Part shown: one piece after another, positions 56,245 through 64,000 of the stretch
Layout of the letters: each line of letters opens with the position of its first letter
Position numbering within the stretch: position 1 is the stretch's first letter
Virus record (IMG/VR): IMGVR_UViG_3300044701_003953
Location: 62,001-126,000 of that record
DNA: 64,000 bases
Strand: one strand, 5' to 3'
Program-made: the position numbers and the translations under genes
The notes under the pieces: model-generated
Database searches by the model: none
What the model was told of the DNA's origin: nothing
Seen by the model: only the letters and a program-made list of their open reading frames with translations

Positions 56245-57355
56245 GATTTTCTTTCAGTTCTTTCCAACCATGATGTAGCAATCTTCCGCTACTGATTAGA
56301 TCGTTGTTGTGTGCTAATGTATCCCGCATCTCCAACAACATATCTTTTAGTTCTTCTAAAGACTTAGATGAAATATATTTCACGATTTCTGATACCTCTT
56401 GTAGACGTTTGATCGGATCCTCGATGGAATCGTAACTTTCGTCCCACCACTTGTCGAAGGTTTCAAATCCATAGCTTTTTAGATACTTTAGATTGTTTAC
56501 GCATCCTACTAGAACAAATGGTTGTTGTAGCATCACAGGCTTGAAGATTTTTTCTGTTAAATGAGATTTTTTATCCCAGAAACAAGTTTCGGTCACGACA
56601 TGCAAGAAACTTTCCATGTTTTCTTTCATTGACCCTAGAGTCATGCTTCCATTTGGTATATATTTGTCGTCTGTGGAATCGATGCGTAACGGGAATTTTA
56701 TTTTATCCAGGGTTCGTATAGTCTCTTCAGCATAGTCTGGAAGGATATCGTATCTTGATATTGACTCTAATATATTTTCTCTGTAATGACCATATATCGG
56801 ACAGTCGTGGCTGTAACTGATGTGCCCTTGCTCGATAAGATCTCTTTTCGCTAATTCCGATACTAGGAATGAGCGGTATACTCGAGCTCCTCCGGTCAAT
56901 CTGTTAAACGTGATAAACTTTTTAGTGATAGTACGATCTTCAATTGGCATCAGGCTTTCATCAAATTCGTAACCACGATACCAGTCCGAAACCGCGAAGA
57001 TATGGAAAAAAGAATATGCTTCCCTGAATTTGAATTTTTCTAATAGGATATTTTTTTCTTGACTTTCGAGTTCTGTATTAAGTAAAATAATCCTATCGGG
57101 ATCTGTTATGTTTGTAAACTCCATGACATGGGAAAACAATCTTTCGTTGAATCCAGATATCAATGGTTCTTGATCGTAGCAAAGCAATAAAGGTCCTCGG
57201 TCATCGGGACCAAGATCCGGCCGATCATCTGCTAGTATTTCAAGGTTTTCTGGTTCGGTTGTTCCAAATGGATGTAAGTATGCGACGCGAGGGTCGTCGC
57301 ATATAGTCTTAGCGAAGTTCCAGACATTCTGGTAGTGCTTATGGATATTATACAT
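56213..57355 (-). CDS. putative glycosyltransferase-like protein (GT-B C-terminal-type motif)
   Basis: FLHVVTET...LTEKIFKP...PFVLVG...GFETF..WWDESYD, reminiscent of the E-N-S...TEK motif of GT10-type enzymes; opposite strand to its neighbours; looks AT-rich. Confidence 0.5.
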   Translation of the reverse strand: MYNIHKHYQNVWNFAKTICDDPRVAYLHPFGTTEPENLEILADDRPDLGPDDRGPLLLCYDQEPLISGFNERLFSHVMEFTNITDPDRIILLNTELESQEKNILLEKFKFREAYSFFHIFAVSDWYRGYEFDESLMPIEDRTITKKFITFNRLTGGARVYRSFLVSELAKRDLIEQGHISYSHDCPIYGHYRENILESISRYDILPDYAEETIRTLDKIKFPLRIDSTDDKYIPNGSMTLGSMKENMESFLHVVTETCFWDKKSHLTEKIFKPVMLQQPFVLVGCVNNLKYLKSYGFETFDKWWDESYDSIEDPIKRLQEVSEIVKYISSKSLEELKDMLLEMRDTLAHNNDLISSGRLLHHGWKELKENLTMAVTSVPK

Positions 57356-59783
57356 GTTTGATGTGTTTTATTTTGGCGAAAAGCCAAATCTATTTGAGTT
57401 TGAAAAACCTGCTGAGTCTATAGCAGATGCCGCTGGCATGAGTCGAACTCGTCTGTGCTGGTATATTTATGGGTCTAATGATTACACCAAATTTGATTTC
57501 TCATGGCAACCGGCACCGTGGGACGAAGGATACATCAATGTGTTTGGAAGCCAATGGCAGAAAAACAGCGGTGTCTATTTGTTGAACCCCGCCACCGTAC
57601 AAAATAATCAATTGAAATTCGTCGATGAACAGACGGCACCGCGTTTGATACACGACACAGATTTATGGTTCATCCCCGATCACATCGAAACGTCAACGGT
57701 AGATCAGACATGGCATCCCGACCCACTGGATCCTCCTTACATCTATCACTTCCCCAGCCAACATCAAAGTTCGTCGGGAGTGACTTATACTGTGCCCGGT
57801 GCGACACATATCAAATTAGTTAGTGACTTTGTAGTTACCTCTATCGCACAATCTGAACGCTGGACGGTGCCCGAAGAGATTGATGCCACCAAAGTGGACT
57901 TTACCTGGCATCCTAGCGCACTAGACCCTCCTTACGTCTATCACTTCCCCAGCGAATGGCAGGAGAGTTCGGGCCTGGAATATCACACACCCGGCGCCAC
58001 TGAGATCAAGATAGCCACAGACTCGCCTTACTTCGAAGAAGCCGTGAGCCGTGTGTTGGATATCTTCTTCGTAGATCACTACAATAATCAAAGTGCCCAA
58101 CGCTGGGAGAAGTTAGTAGCACGTTATCCACACGCACAAAAGATACGATTCGCTAACACTGAAATAGATACTATACGACGTTGCTGTAACAGATCCACTA
58201 CTAATCGTTTCTGGGTGGTATCTAGCGAATGCGTATACGACGACTTTGATTTCGCTTGGCATCCTGAGTCATGGCAGCGTTTCATGACACATGTGTTTGG
58301 TAGCCAATGGCAGAAATGGTCTGCTACATACCTGATCAACAAGTCAGAGTTTGATCGTAACGCCAAGTGGGCGAAATCCCTGGAAGAGTTTCCCAACCTC
58401 AACTTCGTGCGCAACCAACCTGTCGTCATCCCCGACGACTTATATGACATCTATTACGTCGACCACGGCAATCAAGAAAGTCGGGATCAGTTCAATCGAC
58501 TACGAGAAGATCATCCCGATATGCGTACTACACGATTCGTGGACAACTATCTCGATACATTGAAACGTATCATGAGCACAGCCGAGACGGAATATGTGTG
58601 GGTGATAAGTTCCATCTGCGATTACTCAGTGTTTGATTTCTCTTGGCAACCCGAACCCTGGCAAGCCGAAATGATCCATGTGTTTCCCAGCAATTCAGAA
58701 AAGCGCGGCGACACGTTCTACATACATGTGGAGTCTTTTAAGCGACAGATGGCCGATCTTGAAATCCTGGATTGGTTCAATGTCATCAACTACACCAACG
58801 AACAATGGGTACAGCGTTTCCCCGTGCCCACCGTGACCTATGACGGTGACAGCCTAGTGGATGTAGTGCGTGATCATGACTTTGGTTCCGATATCTATGT
58901 CAAGTTCCGTTACTCGAAAAATGGTGACATAGACTATACACCCTGTATCTGGCGTGCCAAAGATCGAGCTGTACATAGCCTCAGCGTCAACAATGCTACG
59001 GCACTCGTGCCCAGGGATGTCAAGCAGTATCCCTTGGTCCAGATGTATGACTATCCAGAAATCGACAAGACCAAACGCACCATGTTGTTGGGCAGGCCGT
59101 TAGACGTGATATTCATCAGCAACGGTGAAACAGAAGCCGAGCGGTGGTATAAACACCTAGAAGACACACTTTTTGACAAGTATCTAGGCGAAATAACAGC
59201 CAAGCGAGTCATGAATGTTGACGGGCGTACTCGCGCCTATCAAGCAGCCGCAGAAGCTTCAGAAACAGACTGGTTTTTCGCTGTGTTCGCTAAACTAGAA
59301 GTTGTGCCCACTTTCGATTGGTTTTGGCAACCCGATTATTTCCAGGAAGCCAAACACTACATCTTCAATGCCCGCAATCCCGTCAATGGCCTGGAATATG
59401 GACACATGGGCGTGATCGCTTACAACAAGAGATTGGTGCTAGAAACCAATGACCCGGGACTTGACTTTACATTGAGCCGTGCGCATGAAGTAGTGCCAGT
59501 ATTGTCAGCGATCTCACACTTCAACTCTGATCCTTGGATGACTTGGAGGACCGCGTTCCGTGAGGTGCTTAAACTACGTCACTATCTCGACATCAATCCT
59601 ACATTAGAGACCGAGCATAGGCTAGAGATTTGGTGTACTCGCGCCGAGGGAGAAAATGCCGAATGGAGCTTGCGTGGAGCTAACGACGCTATCAGCTACT
59701 ATGAGGAAGTGAGAGGACATCTACCAGATCTTATGAAGAGCTTCGATTGGGCCTGGCTTCGCGACATGTATCAACGAAGATAG
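57354..59783 (+). CDS. multi-repeat glycosyltransferase-like protein
   Basis: Recurrent FDFxWxPxxW units; C-terminal domain aligns with 42707..43639 (AKRV, ARNxxNGLxYG, WRxxFRE). Confidence 0.6.
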   Translation: MFDVFYFGEKPNLFEFEKPAESIADAAGMSRTRLCWYIYGSNDYTKFDFSWQPAPWDEGYINVFGSQWQKNSGVYLLNPATVQNNQLKFVDEQTAPRLIHDTDLWFIPDHIETSTVDQTWHPDPLDPPYIYHFPSQHQSSSGVTYTVPGATHIKLVSDFVVTSIAQSERWTVPEEIDATKVDFTWHPSALDPPYVYHFPSEWQESSGLEYHTPGATEIKIATDSPYFEEAVSRVLDIFFVDHYNNQSAQRWEKLVARYPHAQKIRFANTEIDTIRRCCNRSTTNRFWVVSSECVYDDFDFAWHPESWQRFMTHVFGSQWQKWSATYLINKSEFDRNAKWAKSLEEFPNLNFVRNQPVVIPDDLYDIYYVDHGNQESRDQFNRLREDHPDMRTTRFVDNYLDTLKRIMSTAETEYVWVISSICDYSVFDFSWQPEPWQAEMIHVFPSNSEKRGDTFYIHVESFKRQMADLEILDWFNVINYTNEQWVQRFPVPTVTYDGDSLVDVVRDHDFGSDIYVKFRYSKNGDIDYTPCIWRAKDRAVHSLSVNNATALVPRDVKQYPLVQMYDYPEIDKTKRTMLLGRPLDVIFISNGETEAERWYKHLEDTLFDKYLGEITAKRVMNVDGRTRAYQAAAEASETDWFFAVFAKLEVVPTFDWFWQPDYFQEAKHYIFNARNPVNGLEYGHMGVIAYNKRLVLETNDPGLDFTLSRAHEVVPVLSAISHFNSDPWMTWRTAFREVLKLRHYLDINPTLETEHRLEIWCTRAEGENAEWSLRGANDAISYYEEVRGHLPDLMKSFDWAWLRDMYQRR
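57666..58015 (+). repeat. ~65-aa (195-nt period) internal duplication
   Basis: VDQTWHPDPLDPPYIYHFPSQHQSSSGVTYTVPGATHIK versus VDFTWHPSALDPPYVYHFPSEWQESSGLEYHTPGATEIK. Confidence 0.85.
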
Positions 59784-60877
59784 TCTTGGATACTATAAGC
59801 GACGTGCTCAACTTCTGCGTCAGTCATCTCGGGATAGATGGGAAGGCTTAGTGCTTCCGCGGAGTGGGCATGACCCACGCGGAATATCTCGGTGGCATAG
59901 TTGACGAAATCTTGCGCCACTGGGTAATCATATAAGGGTGTTTCGTAGTGTATCCTGGTCTCGATCCCTTGTGTTTCTAGATATTCTTTCAACTTATTTC
60001 GTTCTATAGTCCGGATCACATACTTGTGCCACGACGACTCTGTGTGGCGATCTGGTAATATGGGGTCCACCCAATCCATGAGTTCCTGTGTGTAGAACTC
60101 GGCGATCTCTTTCCTGCGACGTTGCCACCGATCGAAATGCTTGAGCTTGACTAGCAGTTGGGCGCATTCAGCTTCACTCATCTTGGAGTTAGTGCCTGTG
60201 CTGTAGAATCCGTCGGGCTTGCCGTTGTCTCTTAAGCCCATTAGTCGCACATAAACGCCAGCATCGTCGGTGAGTATCATGCCACCAGATCCATATGCTG
60301 GCAAGTTCTTGGTGGGATCAAAACTCAACACACTGATGTCGCCCATCTTACCTGATGGCACACCATCGCGACTGGCACCGAAACTCTGTGCGGCGTCTTC
60401 GATGATGGGGATGTCTTCGTTGAAGAAGTTGGTCTCTACTCGGAGTTTGTCGTAGTCTAGACAGTTGCCGAATATGTTCACATACATGACACCGCCTACA
60501 CCCGTGCCTTTGAGGGCATAGTCCAGGCTTTCGAAATCCAGCAAGGCACGATCATCTACATCACAGAAGCGTGGTTCGTTGTTGGCCATGAACACGGAAT
60601 TCAGTGTGGCCACGAAACTCACTGTAGGGATAAGGATGCGTGTCTGTTGTAAGCCCAAGGCCATCTGTGCGAATATGAGTCCTTGGCTACACGAGTTCAC
60701 TGCTACGGCGAACTTGCGTTCGCATCTCATAGCGATAGCACGCTCGAATTTTTCCGTGTAAGGTCCATCTAGCACACGACCCGAACTCCATACCGAGTCA
60801 GCGGCGTCTAGTAGTTCTTCGCGTAGATCAGAGTATTGTCGTTGGAGACCAAAAAACGGAATCTTTGAGCCAGTCAT
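59771..60877 (-). CDS. DegT/DnrJ/EryC1/StrS PLP-dependent sugar aminotransferase
   Basis: KIPFFGL, EDAAQSFG, SFDPTKNL (PLP lysine), LSLPIYPEM; start set at ATG 60877. Confidence 0.92.
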   Translation of the reverse strand: MTGSKIPFFGLQRQYSDLREELLDAADSVWSSGRVLDGPYTEKFERAIAMRCERKFAVAVNSCSQGLIFAQMALGLQQTRILIPTVSFVATLNSVFMANNEPRFCDVDDRALLDFESLDYALKGTGVGGVMYVNIFGNCLDYDKLRVETNFFNEDIPIIEDAAQSFGASRDGVPSGKMGDISVLSFDPTKNLPAYGSGGMILTDDAGVYVRLMGLRDNGKPDGFYSTGTNSKMSEAECAQLLVKLKHFDRWQRRRKEIAEFYTQELMDWVDPILPDRHTESSWHKYVIRTIERNKLKEYLETQGIETRIHYETPLYDYPVAQDFVNYATEIFRVGHAHSAEALSLPIYPEMTDAEVEHVAYSIQDYLR

Positions 60878-61799
60878 AATAGATCTGGAACCCTTCGTCG
60901 ATGTCGACCTTGGGGTCGAACCCAAAGTCATTGCGGGCCGCATCGATGTTCAATGCTCCGCGGCTGGGGAAATCCGCGTCACGATCGCGCACATCGATCG
61001 TGCCCGAACCTGCGATAGTGACTGCGAGTTCTGCGGCTTCTAATAGAGTCTTTGAATGACTCTTGGTGATGTTATAAGTCTTGTTGACAGCGGCTTCGCT
61101 TTGTGCGGCATCGGTGATACCACGTGCGGCGTCAACCACATAAGTGAAATCTAGTGTTTCGCCAGCGCCGTTGACTGTGATAGTCTCGCCACGCATGGCC
61201 TTGATAAGGAACTTGGCGATCACACGGTCGCCGACATCTAGTGGTCCATACACAGCACTGGGACGGATGATGGTGTAGGTCATGCCACTCTTGCGGCAGT
61301 AGTCTTTGACCAACATTTCTCCCATGAGCTTCCAGATACCATATTGACCTTGTGGGCGGCACACAGCATCTTCACGCACATCGTCCTTGAAGTCACCGTA
61401 GACCATGGAAGAACTGACATAGACGAAACGCTGGACACCAGCGGCCACGGCACTTTCCAACATGTTGGTGAGTCCTTCGCACATCACACGGCAAGCGTGA
61501 TAAGGATTGGCGTTGACGGCTTTCTGTCTAGGGTAGCTGGCTAAGTGGATCACCGCCTCTGGATGGAATCCACGGATGGCGTCATCTAGTGGCCCGGTCT
61601 GTAAGATGTCGATCCTTGATACGGAAGTCTTGAACTTCGAGATGCGCTCGTTGGCCAAGTAGATCATCTCCGAGTGTGGCACCGATCCCGAGTAATCGGT
61701 AAACGAATCGATAGCCTTTAACTCATGTCCTTGTGATTCGAGCATGCCCATCACATTGTGGCCGATGAGTCCGGCCGCGCCAGTTACTAATATTTTCAT
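60828..61799 (-). CDS. NAD-dependent NDP-sugar epimerase/dehydratase
   Basis: GAAGLIG, SSSMVYG, YGIWK (YxxxK), RPSAVYGP, DFTYVVD. Confidence 0.92.
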   Translation of the reverse strand: MKILVTGAAGLIGHNVMGMLESQGHELKAIDSFTDYSGSVPHSEMIYLANERISKFKTSVSRIDILQTGPLDDAIRGFHPEAVIHLASYPRQKAVNANPYHACRVMCEGLTNMLESAVAAGVQRFVYVSSSMVYGDFKDDVREDAVCRPQGQYGIWKLMGEMLVKDYCRKSGMTYTIIRPSAVYGPLDVGDRVIAKFLIKAMRGETITVNGAGETLDFTYVVDAARGITDAAQSEAAVNKTYNITKSHSKTLLEAAELAVTIAGSGTIDVRDRDADFPSRGALNIDAARNDFGFDPKVDIDEGFQIYYDWLKDSVFWSPTTIL

Positions 61800-62707
61800 A
61801 CTGCCATTTCCGCTTTTATAGGTCGGTGACTTTCATAACCCACTAATTTTACATCCTCCATGGTGAACTTGTCAATGGATTTGATGTCTGGATTGAGCCA
61901 GAGCTGTGGGAGAGGGAGTGGTTCACGGGAGAGTTGTTCTCGCACCTGATCCACATGGTTTAGATAGATGTGAGCATCGCCCAGGGTGTGTACGAACTCG
62001 CCGACACCAAATCCGCACACTTGAGCAATCATGTGCGTGAACAGGCTGTAACTGGCTATGTTAAAAGGTACGCCCAGGAACATGTCACAACTGCGTTGAT
62101 ACATCTGGCAACTGAGTTCATGGTTCTTGTTTACATAGAACTGCGCAAAGGCATGGCAAGGAGGTAGCGCCATGCTATCTAGTTCGCCAGGATTCCATGT
62201 TGTGAGTATGTGACGCCGGCCGAATGGATCCTGCTTCAATCCTTCGATCAAAACTTTTAGTTGATCTGTTTCTTTGATGTGTAATGTGCCCTGGCGATTG
62301 TATATGCTTCCAAAATCGTCTTTGAATGTTTCCGCTTTGTGTATGACAGGAGTGCGCCACTTGCGCCATTGTACTCCATATACCCTGCCCAAGTCGCCTT
62401 CGTATTGTGCCTTTGGTTTCCAGTAAGGCGCTAATGCGTTTGGAGTCCAGATAGTAACTGGGCCTTCCCGTGTGCCGTGTGTAATTTCTGCTAGGCGACG
62501 TTCGTCTCCCGACCCTTCAATGAACCAAAGCAGTTCGCCAACACATGCTTTCCATGCTAGTCGCTTGGTAGTGACTGCCGGGAAGCCTTGTCGTAGATCG
62601 TATCTTTGTTGGAGCCCGAAAAGGGAGATCGTTCCTACTCCAGTGCGGTCATCTCTGACCTCACCATCATTCAATACTTGGGAGAGGGCGTTTAAATATG
62701 CTTTCAT
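61796..62707 (-). CDS. thyA: thymidylate synthase
   Basis: DRTGVGT, ELLWF, YGVQWR, LPPCH, YQRSCD, PFNIASY, GDAHIY. Confidence 0.96.
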   Translation of the reverse strand: MKAYLNALSQVLNDGEVRDDRTGVGTISLFGLQQRYDLRQGFPAVTTKRLAWKACVGELLWFIEGSGDERRLAEITHGTREGPVTIWTPNALAPYWKPKAQYEGDLGRVYGVQWRKWRTPVIHKAETFKDDFGSIYNRQGTLHIKETDQLKVLIEGLKQDPFGRRHILTTWNPGELDSMALPPCHAFAQFYVNKNHELSCQMYQRSCDMFLGVPFNIASYSLFTHMIAQVCGFGVGEFVHTLGDAHIYLNHVDQVREQLSREPLPLPQLWLNPDIKSIDKFTMEDVKLVGYESHRPIKAEMAV

Positions 62708-63185
62708 ATTTCAAGAAGCTACATTGGAAATCGGGACTGGTGTCACAGCGTTTGACTTGGAATCCAGACAAGAACTCTTTGAGCTGTATACGGACATCGG
62801 CTCTATGAGATCCCCTGAACACCGTCATATAGATATAGTCTAGGTAGCCTTGCATCTCCATCAGCAGGGCTGGCCCGCCGATGATGAATATCTTTTGATT
62901 CTTATGTGCCTTCGCTACATTGGCCACCGCGGTTGGAAGGTCGCCCGAGATGGGTCTCCCATATAGCGGCAATGTCTGTGGTCTGTGCGTGTACACATAG
63001 CAGATCCGTCCTGGCAACGGTTTTGGAAATGTAGGATCGTCCCATGTTTTTCTTCCCATGACGAGCACATGCCCCATCGTCATCGATTGGAACCATTCCA
63101 TGTCGTACTTATTTTTTGGCCATGGTAACGTGCCAGCGTTGCCCATGGCACCGTTCATGTCGGTTGCGATTATAGCGTTTATCAT
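62667..63185 (-). CDS. folA: dihydrofolate reductase
   Basis: GNAGTLPW, VMGRKTW, PLPGR, FIIGG; adjacent to thyA; start at ATG 63185. Confidence 0.92.
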   Translation of the reverse strand: MINAIIATDMNGAMGNAGTLPWPKNKYDMEWFQSMTMGHVLVMGRKTWDDPTFPKPLPGRICYVYTHRPQTLPLYGRPISGDLPTAVANVAKAHKNQKIFIIGGPALLMEMQGYLDYIYMTVFRGSHRADVRIQLKEFLSGFQVKRCDTSPDFQCSFLKYESIFKRPLPSIE

Positions 63186-63186
63186 A

Positions 63187-63531
63187 TCAGAGATTTTTGA
63201 GTAATCTGTCAGTATAAGGTTGTACAGTCTTAGCAACCTTTTCTACACTGATCATAAAATCAACATCGTCGATAATTTCGTCCATTGCCTCGAGCCGATC
63301 ATTGATAGCCATCTCGAGATATTCCGGTTCATTGCCTTCGGAAAGTAACTGTTCTATATCAAGTACGACCTCTGTCCCGTCAGTGAGATTGATCCTGATT
63401 TTATCGATACAATGTAAGGGAACTTCACTTTTTTCTACGTCTTTAAGTATGCGTTCCCAGATCTGTTTGCGGGTATGGTTAAGCCGCTGCCTTTTGTTTT
63501 TTGGTGGTTGTTTTTTTGGTGGTGCGGGCAT
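63187..63531 (-). CDS. hypothetical phage protein
   Basis: 114-aa ORF filling the space upstream of DHFR. Confidence 0.7.
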   Translation of the reverse strand: MPAPPKKQPPKNKRQRLNHTRKQIWERILKDVEKSEVPLHCIDKIRINLTDGTEVVLDIEQLLSEGNEPEYLEMAINDRLEAMDEIIDDVDFMISVEKVAKTVQPYTDRLLKNL

Positions 63532-64000
63532 TTTTTGGTGACAGCGACATCGCTTCTTTCTCTAGTCGATTGGCTTCTTCTAAAAGTCTTTTTGCTTCGG
63601 CCTTCATCTGCGCGGCCTGTTTTTTCTGCGACTCGGCAAGGTCTCGATCGCTGAGCACACTGACATTTTCTACGATGCTAGGTTCTCCTAGGTCTTTCCC
63701 CATTGGTTCTCCGCTAGAGATTTTGTTCACCAAATCATTGAGTTTGTCTAGCTGGATATCGTTAGCACGATCAGTAGTTGGGGTCACCATCACGGAATTA
63801 GTTGGTACCTTGATCATATACCCGCCTGCGTGTAGACTGGTCAAGATGCTGTTTCCATCAGCCATGATGGTACGGAAAAATACTTCGTTGATGCTGTTGC
63901 TCTGTTGTCCACTAGGACTCTCTAAACAAGCCATCATTTCGTCGTGCAGTAGGCTAGGTAGTTTTTCGGGATAAACTATCAAGGCCTGATCGGATTCCCC
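63479..64000 (-). CDS. hypothetical phage protein (partial, start beyond window end)
   Basis: Frame stays open to the edge (..GESDQALIVYPEKL..); C-terminal coiled coil and basic tail. Confidence 0.7.
   Translation of the reverse strand, partial: GESDQALIVYPEKLPSLLHDEMMACLESPSGQQSNSINEVFFRTIMADGNSILTSLHAGGYMIKVPTNSVMVTPTTDRANDIQLDKLNDLVNKISSGEPMGKDLGEPSIVENVSVLSDRDLAESQKKQAAQMKAEAKRLLEEANRLEKEAMSLSPKNARTTKKTTTKKQKAAA

Noticed and set aside
61796-62707. ThyA-like gene as a dCMP hydroxymethylase for DNA hypermodification
   Set aside because: It keeps canonical thymidylate synthase motifs including the dUMP-specifying Asn (PFNIASY) and is paired with DHFR.
63479-63540. T/G-rich repeats (TTTTTGGTGGT) as a regulatory element
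   Set aside because: Explained by a 53-nt overlap of two Lys-rich protein ends read in different frames.
273-63974. Numerous short antisense or nested ORFs in the ORF track
   Set aside because: They lie inside well-supported genes, lack recognisable motifs, and are expected shadows of codon bias.
1-64000. Alternative genetic code (TAG/TGA recoding)
   Set aside because: Genes, including a 14-kb ORF, are intact and densely packed under the standard code; TAG and TGA end genes at sensible positions.
1-64000. tRNAs, CRISPR arrays, introns, inteins, transposases
   Set aside because: Intergenic gaps are almost all under 80 bp, no repeat-spacer pattern was seen, and core genes show no intein-sized inserts. 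Checked by eye only.

Overview
This window is part of the genome of a large T4-like (myovirus, probably jumbo) bacteriophage, read in the standard genetic code. It has four blocks. (1) 1-8413, minus strand: a gp55-like late sigma factor, gp47/gp46 (Mre11/Rad50) recombination nuclease and a GIY-YIG-like gene, interleaved with three radical SAM genes. (2) 8484-40396, plus strand: a baseplate/tail-fibre module (tube initiator-like, gp53-, hub-, gp5-, gp25- and gp6-like proteins, a 4716-aa multidomain protein, three paralogous fibres with C-terminal intramolecular-chaperone domains). Several genes are preceded by a TAAATA late-promoter-like motif, and a strong terminator closes the block. (3) 40471-61799: a ~21-kb accessory biosynthetic island with several glycosyltransferase-like proteins, six tandem radical SAM enzymes with an N-terminal twitch-like domain, two SGNH proteins, a NodU/TobZ-type carbamoyltransferase, an APS-kinase-like/HxGH nucleotidyltransferase/DUF2061-like trio, a DegT aminotransferase and an NDP-sugar epimerase/dehydratase. 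(4) 61796-64000: thyA, DHFR and two hypothetical genes. The best candidate for an undescribed system is the island, a phage-encoded amino-sugar/glycan synthesis and tailoring pathway; the window holds nine radical SAM genes in total. A second striking signal is a TonB-box-like motif (ETLPEVVVTASR) in the disordered arm of the baseplate hub-like protein. All calls come from motif recognition by eye; no database search was run. I saw no tRNA, rRNA, CRISPR array or transposase.
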